The notes beneath the pieces were generated by a model, which did no database searches, had not been told where the DNA came from, and saw only the letters and a program-made list of their open reading frames with translations. Of a DNA stretch of 64,000 bases, positions 36,305 through 48,849 are shown piece by piece (within the stretch, counting starts at the first letter, position 1; the number at the start of each line of letters is the position of its first letter). The translations under genes and the position numbers were made by a program. Where the stretch lies: the NCBI GenBank assembly GCA_965153285.1, contig OZ229116.1, one strand, 5' to 3'. This stretch comes from Podarcis tiliguerta. Taxonomy: Eukaryota.

Positions 36305-36630
36305 TGCTAAGCCAACGACCTCGGCCTAGTATACCTGAAGGAGCATCTCCACCCCCATTGTTCAGCCCAGACACTGAGGTCCACCTCCAAGGGCCTTCTG
36401 GCCGATTCCCTCACTGTGAGAAGTGAGGTTACAAGGAGCCAGACAGAGGGCCTTCTCCGTAGTGGTGCCCACCCTGTGGAACGCCCTCCCATCAGATGTC
36501 AAAGAAATATACAACTATCTGACTTTTAAAAGACATCTGAAGGCAGCCCTGTTTAGGGAAGTTTTTAATGTTTTATGTTTTATCGTGTTTTTAATGTTGG
36601 GATTCACCCAGAGTGATGGGCGGGGTATTA
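36305..36630 (+). mobile_element. L2-clade LINE 3' fragment
   Basis: Encodes RAFSVVVPTLWNALPSDVK...FKRHLKAALF, the L2 ORF2 C-terminus motif. Confidence 0.85.
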
Positions 36631-36633
36631 CGG

Positions 36634-36860
36634 TATTTACTTACTTACTTAGTTTCTATACCGTCTTATACCCAAAGGTCTCAGGGCAGTTCACATAAAA
36701 TATCAAATACATAAAATCAAAACAAAAACAACAACCCAATAAACCCTCCCAAAAAAGAGCCAGCATTTTAAAAAGGGTATAGGATGTAGATCAAGTCAGG
36801 CAAAGGCCTGGTTTTTGCCGAGCGCCTAAAGCTGTATAGTGAAGGCACTGGGGAGAGCAA
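36634..36860 (-). mobile_element. L2-clade 3' end, tail-to-tail with the preceding L2
   Basis: Minus strand GCCTTCACTATACAGCTTTAGGCGCTCGGCAAAAACCAGGCCTTTG...TGTGAACTGCCCTGAGACCTTTGGGTATAAGACGGTATAGAAA parallels the 3' UTR at 39540-39760. Confidence 0.7.
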
Positions 36861-36893
36861 ACTTTATTTGCCTTGCACAGAATTATTCAAATA

Positions 36894-37120
36894 CAGTGGC
36901 AGAGCTTCATGCTCCAGCACTGGGGGGGGGGGGGCAGAGAGCAGGCAGGGGCAGGGCTGGCACACGTACCGGGGGTGTGACAAATCACTCGCAGGGGTGT
37001 GGCACGCATACTGGGGGCGTGGCACCCAGTGCGAGCAGGGGGCAGCCGCGATGGTACACCACCGGGATCGTGCTGCCAGGGGCGGTGTGCTCCCCCCGCA
37101 CTCCTCTTCCTCCGCCAGTG
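36894..37120. mobile_element. GC-rich non-autonomous hAT element
   Basis: Imperfect TIR CAGTGGCAGAG / CTCCGCCAGTG. 8-bp TSD TTCAAATA / CTCAAATA (one mismatch). Confidence 0.75.
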
Positions 37121-39119
37121 CTCAAATATATAGATTTCACATAGCTCTTTCCTCTTTGCCTCTCTTCATTGACTTGGTGTTCATTGACAGTGCAAACCCT
37201 GGCATAAGGAGGACATGTGTGAGCAGTTTTAAAGGACTGGCCTGCCAATTGATGCATTATCAATTATTCCATGAAATCATTCATCACACCAGCTTCTAGG
37301 CTGACCATCAGTTTGCATAATGTTCCCAGACTCTGGCAAGAACCCTAGCTAAGAATAATCTATTTTAATACAAAACAATCACCATTTTATTTTTATAAAT
37401 GGGTTATAAATAATTAGGGCAGTCTGTAAAGAACCAATAAACAAATAGTTGGGCATTTTAATGTAACAACTTGGAAGCTGAATGAACGAGGCAAGGGGCG
37501 TGGGGACAATGGCTCAGCAGAACAAAACAAGTTTGCATTTTCTGAAACACTCTGTCATAGGAAAAGAGGAAAAAAATGGAGCCAGAACATTGTGAAAGGT
37601 ATACAATACTTTTGCCTTTGTTTGTCCAAGATTATAGAATCATAGAATTTTAGGGTAGATTTTTCTTTCTTTCATAACAGGTGTACTTTTTAGAGTTCCT
37701 TCTATTTAGCTAGGGTTGAATACACACAGAGATGATTTATATGTCATTAATCTCTTACGATGGTACCATACTGCAAGTGATCACATCTTTGAATGTTGCT
37801 TCACATCAAAATGGGGGGGGGACCCCACATATCAGGGAGAGGGATTCATCATCTAGCCTTTGCCTGGTTTTCTGTGAATGAGGAATTGTTGTCATTGGTA
37901 TATGTGTTATGCTCAGTGCTGGATTTTGGGATTTAAAATTTCAGTGGCACCCCGTGCCATCCCAATCCCCCTCCCTCCTCCCGGCCTGTTGCCTTCCATT
38001 GTTCATCATTGTTGTAGCACCCTCTGTGGCACCCTCTCAGGGCAGCACCCAGTGTAGGTGAACCAATCGCAATTTCCTAAATCCACCTCTGTTATGTTTA
38101 CACACAGAAGCATTCAAAATACAACTTTTTACTTGCAGTCTGAGACTGGTGAAAGAAAATGCTTTGCCTCTCCTTAGTTTTGCATCTTTCACTTTTGATG
38201 AAGACATTGTTATATTAGAATTCCAACTAATTAATACCACCCTAGGCAGCACACACACTTAAGTTTCAATAACATTAATGGGAATTATAAGCCCATAGCC
38301 ATGGTCTGGACTCCAGCCTTAATTATTTTAAAGAACCTTCAATTCTACTATACAGTACTCTAATCTACTACCCTACATTCTTAAAAATGGACCTTGGACG
38401 GTTAGTAGAAATTAATGTTGCTACCTGTAATGGAAAGGCAAACTTCTGTGCAGAATATGCTTGGGTTAAACCAGTCTGTGATGTTTAAATATCTCTGATG
38501 CCTTAAAGGAAGATATGATTCTTCATGCTCCATTCACATGCAGACCCAGCCAAAAAAAATTATTCTCCCTGTACTGTATTCTGGCAGGGCCATGCTTTTT
38601 CAGTCAAGATGAAAATTAATTCTTTGAAAAGTAGCCTTCTGGACCAGTGGGTTTTCTCTTGCTGTGGTTGATAGGTCTGTAATGTCTGCCTTCCTTTAAA
38701 TGCTTTATGGCCAATCAGCCATAAGTATTGATTTATTGTTGTTAAGTTGTCTTCAAAATAACTGCAGCTGGGCAGAAATACCGTTTTCACAGCAGACCAT
38801 ATTCTTTGATTAATGAGTCATCAATTTCCTTTCATTCTGTATAATAAGAAATCTTACTAAATAATATTTACCTTTGTCCTAATGGGGGAACTTGTAGACT
38901 GGGGAAGACTAATAATAATAATAATAATAATATACTTTTTTCTTCCCCAGTAGCCCCACTCCTTTTGATCCTGCCTTCTGGTCCCAGCCCCTTTGGCCTT
39001 CAGAAGGTCACCAGAGTATAAATCCGCTTCTCAGGCTTCAAAAGGTTCCCCACCCTGTATCAGGGAATGTGGTCATTGCCGAAACACTCACACACTCCTT
39101 TCACCCATCCAAATGGTGC

Positions 39120-39810
39120 ATAGTGCTATGTCTATGCTCTGGTAACCTCCAAGTTAGATTACTGAAATGCTTTATACATAGGGCTGCCTCTGAAGATGGT
39201 TCAGAAACTTAAGCTGGTGCAGAATTTGGCAACCAGGTTGCTCACAGGGGCAAGATGGCTTGAGCATAATTCATCAATCCTGGCCCAATTGCACTGGCTG
39301 CCAATTAGTTTCTGGGCGCAATTCAAAGTGCTGGCCTTGACCTATAAAGCCTTAAACAGCTCAGGACCACAATACCTCAAGGATTGCCACTCTCCATATG
39401 AATCTACCCAGACCCTGAGATCATCATCTGAGGCCCTTCTTCATGTGCCTCCTCCATGAGAGGCCAAGAGGATGGCAAAAGAAGGAGCCTTTTCTGCAGT
39501 AGCTCCCCATTTGTGGAATGCTCTCCCCAGGGAGGTTCGGCTAGCATCTTTATTATACACCTTTAGGCACCAGTCGCAAACATTCCTGTTTAACCAGGCC
39601 TTTTGCTAACTAATATCCTTTATCCATTCAAATGTGCTTGTGGGAGAGGTGGGGTTTCCCCCCCCCTGTTTTTATTATGTATGTTTATGTATGTTTTTAT
39701 TATGTATTTTTATGTTGTATACCACCCTGAGATCTACCAGAATAGGGCAGTATACAAATAATAATAATAATAATAATAATAACAATAATAATAATAGCAA
39801 CAACAACAAG
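39120..39810 (+). mobile_element. L2-clade LINE 3' fragment with (AAT)n tail
   Basis: ORF 39196-39459 VQKLKLVQNLATRLLTG...LHWLPISFWAQFKVLALTYKAL is the typical L2 ORF2 C-terminus. Confidence 0.9.
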
Positions 39811-40379
39811 AATAGTCCTAGTCAGATATTCCAAATACTATACTAGAGTAGTCCCAGAGTCATAACTTACTTTAGTCAGGTGTACACCTTAAAAAAATAT
39901 ACTGCACTTGATTTTCATTCCCATCAAAAGAAAGTTCACCTCCTCTCTTTAATGATTATACCAATATGTCGGCAACTGAGGCAAAGTATCCAAATTGTAC
40001 TTTCCACACAGCACATTATGAAAAAAACAGCCAACCATTTTAATCACACGATGGCACTCAGTTTGTCTTGAGACAGTTATCTTCTCAGTCTCATGACAGG
40101 GACGCAGATTCGGTGTCACACACACACACCCCACACACCAATTCAACCTTGATCAGCTCAGACCAGGAAATCTTGCAGCACTTCCAGAAGATAATGACCT
40201 CTGGCATCTGATCAGTGACTCTGATGTTGCAAGCCAAAATGTCCTTGGGGGTGGCATTGGGTGCCAAATTTATAATGAGGCTAGACAACGCAGGATAGAT
40301 GAAATTTGGAACCAAGAGTAGCACTGCTCATGATTAGGGGTGTGGGGAGGAATATGACTTGTAAGTCGCATTCACTATA

Positions 40380-40605
40380 CAGTGGTACCTCAGGTTACAT
40401 ACGCTTCAGGTTACAGACTCCGCTAACCCAGAAATATTGCTTCAGGTTAAGAACTTTGCTTCAGGATGAGAACAGAAATTGTGCTCCGGCGGCGCAGCAG
40501 CAGCAGGAGGCCCCATTAGCTAAAGTGGCCCTTCAGGTTAAGAACTGTTTCAGGTTAAGTACGGACCTCTGGAACAAATTAAGTACTTAACCCGAGGTAC
40601 CACTG
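40380..40605. mobile_element. Tc1/mariner (Tigger-like) MITE
   Basis: CAGTGGTACCTC...GAGGTACCACTG, TA-flanked. Confidence 0.92.
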
Positions 40606-41236
40606 TAAAGTGGTTTAAGAGAATAATAGTTTTACCAAATTAAAACATGAAACATGCAAGGGCTTCCAACTTTGGCTAGTCAAGTGCTCCTGGGAGATCC
40701 ACATATGTCACATGGGATAACAGCAACAAACCTCTTCAACTGTTTGCTTTCCAGCAACTGTGTTTTAGTTGCATAACACCTTGGAGGCCTATTTAGTGTT
40801 CTTGGCTAATAACCATTTGTAGACCTATACAAACCATAAGATTTGTCTGCTTCAGGGGTAGCCAGTCTGCTACCCAAATCTGCTTCCTTATTGAAGCAGT
40901 CAAAGTCAGGGGTTATTGCCACTCCTGGCGGAAAAATCTAACAGTTGTCTGAAGAAGCATTTTCTTACATCTATCCTGAATGTATCACCCATCCATTTTA
41001 TTGGGAAAGACTGTAAATGTGTCAAGTGTGCACACAAAGACACATCACCCATTTCCTAGAAGACCACTCATCTATTACAGTTTAGGACAATGCTGTGCTA
41101 AAAAGTCTATTTTCATGGTGTGGAAACAACAACAACAACAACAACAGTTGGGAAATTTGTTGTAGTCTTGGGATAGAAACCAGAATTCTTAGACATACTT
41201 CTGAACTTTTTATTGAGATTTCATAAGCAAAATATA

Positions 41237-41378
41237 GTGGTGTGATGTGTCACTGTGCCTTCCTGTTAACCAGAAGGTTGGTGGTTTAAACCCACCAGGG
41301 ACAGCTTTGGGCAGGATTCCTATATTCAAGGGGCTTGGGCTAGATCACTTCCAAATCTCAATTTCTGTGATTCTATGA
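41237..41378 (+). mobile_element. SINE with tRNA-Asn(GTT)-derived head and CR1-derived tail
   Basis: CTGTTAACCAGAAGGTTGGTGGTTTAAACCCACCAGGGAC matches tRNA-Asn (CTGTTAACCGAAAGGTTGGTGGTTCGAGCCCACCCAGGGAC). It is followed by GATTCCTATATTCAAGGGGCTTGGGCTAGATCAC...TTCCAA...TTCTGTGATTCTATGA. Confidence 0.75.
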
Positions 41379-42235
41379 AATGCAGTTATCAATAATAAAC
41401 ATAATCTTTCTTTCCTTATGCACAAACAACTGAAGGTCAGAAAACTGTTTTTTGCTTGTCCAAAATGATATTTTCCAGGGTTTCTTTTATGTGCACACTA
41501 TTATATGTAGAAATGTATCATACACTGCGTTATCCTTCATGTGTTACTCAGAAATATTTTTCAATGATTTCAATAGTTAAACCCATGAGTAAACCCACAT
41601 AAGATTGTGATCTGACTCCTCAAGTCGTTGATTCTGTTTCAAGAATGCTTGGAGCTGGTTGAAATTATGCATTTTCTTAATGAGTGGATTATAAAATAGT
41701 TTATAGTGAGCTAATGCAAATGAGTTCATTTAATCTGAAATCTGAACTCATATTTTTCATGTATTTTTTCCTCTTTTTTATTGATGAATGAATTTGTATT
41801 ATGAAGTTTAGTATGGATTTATGGGATTGGTGTGCTTTGAGCTGATTGTTTCAAAGTAATATATCCAGCTAAGTTCATATCATTTGTAGCATAATAATGG
41901 TTATGCTAGTGAAACGTGATTCTTCCCAAAATAAAGAAGTAATACAGGAGTTGTATTTCAAAGGACCATATTTTTTCCTTTTTTGGATAATTATTGCTTT
42001 GTTTTCCTACAAAGCCTTACTCATTTGTTTTACTTTCCATGCTGTGAAAATCCCTGGGAAGGCAGTTATAATAATGGTTTGAGCAAGACTAGTGAAAAGC
42101 CATTGGCAACCCCCAAAAGCAAACCCAACATCCTTCCTTCTGAGGAGCAGCTCTGTCCTCTATGCCTAATCTGCCTCAAACTGAGTGCATCTTTATACAA
42201 GGAGGCTACATGTCAAAACAGGACCATGGCTCAAC

Positions 42236-42385
42236 CATAGCTCAGTGATAGAACATCTGCTTTGCAAGCATAATTCCAACTAGGGCTTAGAGATAGCCCT
42301 TCTGAAACCCTGATGAGCTTCTGCCAGTCAGTATAGACAATACTGAGCCTGATAGACTGACTCAGTAGAAGGTTGTTTCCTATGT
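42236..42385 (+). mobile_element. tRNA-Ala-type SINE (Squam2-like, tentative), internally deleted
   Basis: TAGCTCAGTGATAGAACATCTGCTTTGCA...CTGAAACCCTG...CTGCCAGTCAGTATAGACAATACTGAGC...TTCCTATGT. Confidence 0.75.
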
Positions 42386-43057
42386 AGTTGTTTGAACTGT
42401 CACTCCCTCTACGTTCCTGTTATTATGCAGTAAGTTATGCGAAGAAGAGGTACAAAATTCCTCACGTGCTAAGTGAGCAGAACGAACGAGCAATTAACTA
42501 TAACGGTTTTAGCATGTGGCCATGGGGGAAATATTTGGGACCAGTACTCACACATGACATATGCAACATGGAAGTCAACAGATAACATGATTGTTTCCTA
42601 TACCACAAAGGTGAAGATTATGACAGAACTGGGACATGTGTGAGGAGTGTAATCTTCAGCTCCTCCCCATGACAGCATCACCCCATTTCCTGAAGGGATG
42701 TTAGCCTTGCATGGTTGAGGACCATATCAGTCACTTTAATAGGCCAAAAATAATTATCTGTACTGGCTTTCATGGTATTCCTCATATTCTTTTTGTTCCT
42801 CAGAATTATTCCTGTTGGGTTTTTTAAACAAATTACCTCAATATTTCTTAATGAAAATTAAAAATGGGATGGGGTTGATTTTTGTGGATTGAGGGTTTAA
42901 GGCTGCAGTTTCAAACACACTTCAAGGCACCAATTCCTGTTTTAACTTAACAGAACTTACTTCCATGTAAACATGCTTAGAATTGTGCTGTAAAGTCCTC
43001 AATCTTTAAATAACTCATTTGGAAGAGTGTCAAGAATGGTTGTGAATTCATTAACAT

Positions 43058-43120
43058 GTAAGGTAAGGTAAAGGACATCCCTGTACGGTTACCATAAGTC
43101 CAGTCAAAGGAGACTATAGG
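43058..43120 (-). mobile_element. Sauria SINE 3' stub
   Basis: GTAAGGTAAGGTAAAGGAC...AAGTCCAGTCAAAGG..ACTAT matches 11770-11820. Confidence 0.7.
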
Positions 43121-44276
43121 AAACAGGAAGAAGTAAATATGTTTTATACCTCTAAACTAATGTTGGTAAGGAATTATTCCCAACTGTTCTATTGTGGGCA
43201 TCTTTGTTCAGTGTGCGAAACTAGAACTTTTTGCTGTGGTACTATATAACACCTTATCCTCATGTATTGCCTGTTAGTATATCCATGCTACGTCCCATAC
43301 TGAAGCATTACAAAAATGCCTTTCATAAACCTGACAAAAATGACAAGATGAAAATTAAAAACAACAATTGATAGCATTCTGGAGCTGTTGTCATTTCTCC
43401 AGCTTAGTAAGTATCCCAGGTTGCTGCCTGTGTCTATTCCCCTTCAAAAAAACTTTCAGTATTCAAAACAAAGAGCCTGTAAAATATTTCTCCAAGGCCT
43501 TCTTTCGAAAAGAAAAAAATCCTTTCAAGACTTGTTTGATAGACCAATTCCTCAAAGAAGAATAATAGTGGAAAGAAACCAGGCTTTATGGAACAAATCT
43601 AGTTGGTCCACCTTTGAAGAGGAACCATACAAATGAATCTGAGCCTCCTAGATACATCGGTAAAATATCTCAAAATGTGAATTACATTGAATCTTTCCTC
43701 AGAATTCTGATTGTTAGAGTGGTTGGTTCTTTGTGATGAATATGACCAAAACATTCTGTCCTGAACTTCTCTTTCCTTCTTATTTTTCTCTTTCTAAAAA
43801 CAATCCACATATACTTCCACATACACCCCACCCCTGAAACATTTAACGCATATGCAATGTAAATAATACAGTCAAACATCTGGTTTGTAAAGTTTAGAAC
43901 TGATTACATCAGGTAGGTGTCTCCTACTCTCTGTCTTAACAGACTATTCTAGAGTGAGCCACGGCTGGCATAGCAAATTTGGGGTGTGAGGAAGCAATAC
44001 ATAGTTAGGTAGCTTGGATCTCATTGGGGATGCAGGATCAAAGTAGCATTTACACATGATTATATTTTTATGTTGATTGTGAAATTTTGAGGACATGATG
44101 GAGGGATCGTTAAAGGAACCAAAAGAGCCACCTTCCTTTTCCTCTGTCCACACACAATGCACACCAGCTATTACTTTCCTTGTGGTTCCTATTAAAATTG
44201 TGGTTCCTATTCTAAGCCCGGCCTAGTCTTCACTTCAAGCTAGAAGTTCATCCAGAAGCTTCAGGTAGGGAATAAA

Positions 44277-44424
44277 TGTTGTTTGTTGTTTAGTCGTTTA
44301 GTCGTGTCCGACTCTTCGTGACCCCATGGACCAGAGCACGCCAGGCACTTCTGTCTTCCACTGCCTCCCACAGTTTGGTCAAACTCATGCTGGTGGCATC
44401 AAGAACACTATCCAACCATCTCGT
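44277..44424 (-). mobile_element. Bov-B LINE 3' fragment
   Basis: Reverse complement of the 17635-17781 sequence with a (CAA)n tail. Confidence 0.92.
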
Positions 44425-45511
44425 TGGGGAAAAATACTAGTTGGACAAACAGGAAAGGTGCTTGCCTCCTGTTCCAACTAACAGCTGGCATGTGAATGCC
44501 CACAAGGCAGGGGCACTACAGTGGCATACAAAGGCTGTTCTCACCTCAAGAGGGTTTTGTCCTAAAGCCATACATGGTTGAACCAAAAGGTTCTGTAAAC
44601 ACACCAAAAATGTGTTTTGTCAATATTAAATTATTCTGCAAATTATCTTTTATATTTACTTTCCATGATAATAAGCCTATAAATATTTACTTGGTGCATG
44701 CTAATGAGAAAGTTAATGCTCGGCAATTTACATGAGCAAAACACTTTACAAATATTGACTAATTAGCTCTATCAAACAGTTCATAATTAACTGCCAAAGA
44801 ATCTGATTATGTATGTACTAGACTGTGTGATAGATACACCTGTGCATATTACTTACCTGTCATGCATAAGACTTCAAGCACCTGGAGCGATAATGTAAGC
44901 AGCACAGTAATGGAAAACAAAGGCTTGCGAATCAAAATGAGGAGCCACTTTTTCTCAGAGTCTGTAATTAGTAAACAATTTGATGGCTGACTCATGTTTA
45001 AGCAATCATACTGACACTATACATGTTCCATCCACTTAAGATGGAATAATTATGGGAACAGATATGGCAAGTTTGTACAGATCTAGAACACAGCAATTGC
45101 CACTTGCATTATTTGGGGAGGTTAGCGTTTTATTTCTTTAAAATGCTAGTTCACTCTGCATTGCTTAGTTAATAGGATTTCTTTTCCGTTGTGAAACACA
45201 GTAGAGGACAATTGTTCTGGAAATGTTATTATGGCACATTTAAATCTCCTCTGCAAACAAAGCAATAAATCTGCTTTGGAAAATTATGTCTACTGGTGGC
45301 AATAACCCATTCAAAACCAAGGAAGCAATCTGCTGTTGCCCAAGTTAATATCTACTTGATATTATTATATTCTTAAAGGAAGCAATGCTGCTTCATTAAT
45401 GAGCCACATTGGCAGATGTTTTCAGAGATACTCATACACTTTAATGTGACTACTCCCACAATGGTAAGTCTGCCAACTGCCTGGAAAACTGCAGGCCTGA
45501 CCAGTCTGGGA

Positions 45512-45705
45512 ATGCACCATAGCTCTGTAGCAGAGCATCTGTTTTGTATGCATAAGGATCCCTGGTTCAATCCCAGGTGTCTCCAGGTAAGGCAGGAAAC
45601 TCTGTCTGAAACTCTGAAAAAATGCTGCTGATCAGTACAGTTAATGCTGCTGAGATAGATGCCCCAATGGTCTGAACTGCTGCAAAGGGAGCATCCTACG
45701 TTTCC
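45512..45705 (+). mobile_element. tRNA-Ala-type SINE (Squam2-like, tentative)
   Basis: TAGCTCTGTAGCAGAGCATCTGTTTTGTATGCATAAGGATCCCTGGTTCAATCCCAGGTGTCTCCAGGTAAGGC...AGATGCCCCAATGGTCTGA...TCCTACGTT. Confidence 0.8.
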
Positions 45706-45793
45706 TTTCCCACGTTGTGGGGCAAGGATACAGAACACACAATTATTTTGTGTATACACAAAACTACATTATCGCAGTGAGGATGGTTAAGAG

Positions 45794-45935
45794 CAGTGCT
45801 GTTTTTCCTAGAAAAATACAGTAGGTGATGGAGCTCACCATGAACACCTCTCTTGTTCTCTTATAATGGCAATGGCACCCACCTGAAAGGGGCCAGAACT
45901 GAGTTCTCGTGAGGTCTGGCTGAAAAAAAGCCCTG
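45794..45935. mobile_element. hAT-type MITE
   Basis: Imperfect TIR CAGTGCTGTTTTTC / GAAAAAAAGCCCTG. Perfect 8-bp TSD GTTAAGAG. Confidence 0.85.
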
Positions 45936-46026
45936 GTTAAGAGGAACCAAGAGTCACACATGTGCATGTATCCCACCAGGTGTGGGACAGACTCAAATTA
46001 CTACAGTCACATCGTTCTAGCAACTA

Positions 46027-46562
46027 CCGTATTTTTTGCTCCATAAGACACACCTAGTTTTTAGAGGGCGGAAGAAAGAAAAAAAATATTCTGCGCAGAG
46101 CATGTAAGCGGCTCTCGCTTTTCTTGCTTTAAACCCTTCCATCCCTCAAGCTCCCAAGAGCTGCACACACACTAGGCGCAGCTCTTTAAAGAGCGCACGG
46201 CTCTTGCTGGCTTTTCCGGGAGGTGGGGGAAGGGACAGAGGGCAGCCCGTCAGTCCCTTCTCCCTCCTCGGGGAAAAGCCCCCAAGAGCCATGCACACAC
46301 ACTCCGTGCAGCTCTTTAAAGGGAGTGCTGAGCAGAGCATCCCACCTGCATTCTGGGATGCATAAAGGCTCTGCTTTTCCAGGAGAAGGGACAGAGGGCA
46401 GCCCACCAGTCCCTTCTCCCTCCTCGGGGAAAAGCCAGCAAGAGCTCTTTAAAGGGAGTGCTGAGCAGAGCCTCCCGCCTGCATTCGTGCCATAAAATGC
46501 ACACATATTTCCCCTTACTTTTTAGGAGGGAAAAAGTGTGTCTTATGGAGCGAAAAACATGG
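46027..46562. mobile_element. Tc1/mariner-superfamily (Tc2/pogo-like) non-autonomous element with an internal tandemly duplicated GC-rich core
   Basis: TIR CCGTATTTTTTGCTCCATAAGACACAC / GTGTGTCTTATGGAGCGAAAAACATGG, TA-flanked. Internal ~130-150-bp imperfect repeats. Confidence 0.85.
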
Positions 46563-48469
46563 TATATGTTTTAGCCTGCAGAACAAATAACATAAGGTGG
46601 TGGGAGATTCAGTCAGGAAATTGTTATAGAGGAAATGATTATTACATTCTTACCCCCCAAAAAAACACTGTTCTTATTTAAATCCTTCCCCAATCACTAT
46701 TCCTTTTAAGTACCTCCTTTAAAAAAAAAAAAACTATCCTATTTACAGATCTCTTCTGTCACATCTGCTTTGTCCATTTTATGTAAACATAAAGAAACAC
46801 TGAATGATAAGTAGTTCTTCATTGGACAAGAACAGCAATTCTGCAGCACACCAAGTGAAGCATTATTTGGCTTCATTTATCTATTTGTAAATATTTTTCC
46901 TAAGGCAAATTCATGTTCGCAATGGATTTATAAGACTTAATTGAAAAAGCTGGCAGAGGCCTGTCAGAATCCTATAGTCTCCAGACTTCATATAAAGTAT
47001 TTGGCAGTCTTTCAACGAAGCCAGATTCCTCGTCAGAGTTGATACATTTATCAAACACAGCACACGCATTTTGCATCAGTGACTATAAAAATTGATCTCT
47101 GCCACTTGCCTTTATTTCCGTAGAACTCCAGAATTAAAACAGGAGGGGATAAAATAATGAAGCATTGCTTTGTTTTTAAATTTCATCTCTTAGGCAAACA
47201 AGCACACTGATGTTAATGAAATTGAAAAGACCTCCTTTAAATAAATAAATAAATAAATAAAAAACCATCAAGAAAAGAAGTCACAATGCATATTAGCTGA
47301 GCTGCTGAAATTACCAATTACTTTTTAAAAGGATTTGAATTCCATGGATGACAGAAAATAGCTCAGTAGAGACAACTGTTTTCAGACACTTGCTTAATTT
47401 TGATACCTCAGAGCCAAATAAAAGGTCTCATTGGTAGGAAATTATATCTAAGTACATTAAGCAAAAGGCATATTTGGTCCAAATACGGAGTGGAAATTAA
47501 ATCAAATGTTTTCATCCTTTTTCTCAGGTACAGTTGCCACAGGTGAGCTGCAATTTAAATATTGCACTGACTCAAGACACCCAACATTGATTTATGATTG
47601 TGGAATATCTGCAGAAGGTGGTGGTGATGATGCTTCATACACTTCATAAGCACTCATCAATTTTAATTTCTGTTCTCAAGCCTGGGTGCTCTTGTGATTC
47701 CTTCGCTGAACCTTCCAGTTATGTATTTTCCTCTCATGTTTAAGGAGGGAAAGGTTTATTATCTACATAATAGACTTCTCTTAAAATCACACCAAGTGTT
47801 AATATGAAATGTGCAGAAGTGTTCAATGAGCTGAAAGTACCGTCAGTTGAAAACTGTGCACTGTCACGGCCACCAAACGCACCATTCCAAGGAAAAGGAC
47901 AATGTTGGAAGAGGTGCTGACTCTTGGGTGCATGGGCCAATTAAAGACCAGTCTGTCCCTATTCTGCAAGGGGAGGCGACTACATCTGTCCCATTCTGTG
48001 CAGATCTTTAAGGGGAAATACAAATGGGAAGTCCAAGATCATTTTCAATCAATACATAAAAGTACCTGCAAGGCAGTCCAAGGCCTGTAGCATTGCCCGT
48101 CTTCTTCTAAAAGAGATTTCTGTCCTTTAAACTTGTAAAAATTGCTACTCTAGAGGCCCACAGCCTGAAGCAAGGCTGTGGCTTATTGCCACTGTCTGCT
48201 TTGAATGCAATAAAGCACATACATCCTCAGAGTGACAGAATTGGTGAAGTTGCATTGATTTGGGGGAGGGGAAAAACCACGGCTGCCCCCAGTTAAGAAA
48301 TGTTCAAAGGGCTGAAAGTACAGGAGGCTGAAAATGTGCATTATCATATCACTGTTCCACTCCTCATAAAAGGAAGAGGTGATGACCTGGGACTGTAAAA
48401 TCATCTTTTGCTGCACATATTTAGAATTCACGTATGCCAGGCTCACATTCCTGGCTATGGCAGATGAAG

Positions 48470-48554
48470 TCATAGAATTGTAGGATTGTAGGATCATAGA
48501 ACTGTTGTGTTGGAAGGGACCCTGAGGGTCATCTAGTCCAACTCCCTGCAATGC
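48470..48554 (-). mobile_element. CR1-type 3' tail (headless copy of the tail used by the tRNA-Lys/Asn/Ile SINEs)
   Basis: Minus strand GCATTGCAGGGAGTTGGACTAGATGACCCTCAGGGTCCCTTCCAAC...TTCTATGA repeats. Confidence 0.8.
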
Positions 48555-48713
48555 TGTTGGTGCTGCCACCCAAGAAGAGCCATCTGTAGAGCCCTTTTAA
48601 TGTTCTTACCCTCCTGTCTCTCCATCACAACCACTTACACTGTACTGACATATGCAATGACAGAAGGAAATGCCTCTGAGGAGGTAAACCAGGTGTATTC
48701 AATTTCCCTAGAG

Positions 48714-48849
48714 CAGTGATGGCCAAACTTGGCCCTCCAGCTGTTTTGGGACTACAAGTCCCATCATCCCTAGCTAACAAGACTAGTGGTCAGGGATGAT
48801 GGGAATTGTAGTCCCAAAACAGCTGGAGGGCCAAGTTTGGCCATCACTG
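48714..48849. mobile_element. Intact palindromic hAT-type MITE (136 bp)
   Basis: About 58-bp near-perfect inverted arms starting CAGTGATGGCCAAACTTGGCCCTCCAGCTG. Perfect 8-bp TSD CCCTAGAG (48706-48713, 48850-48857). Confidence 0.95.
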
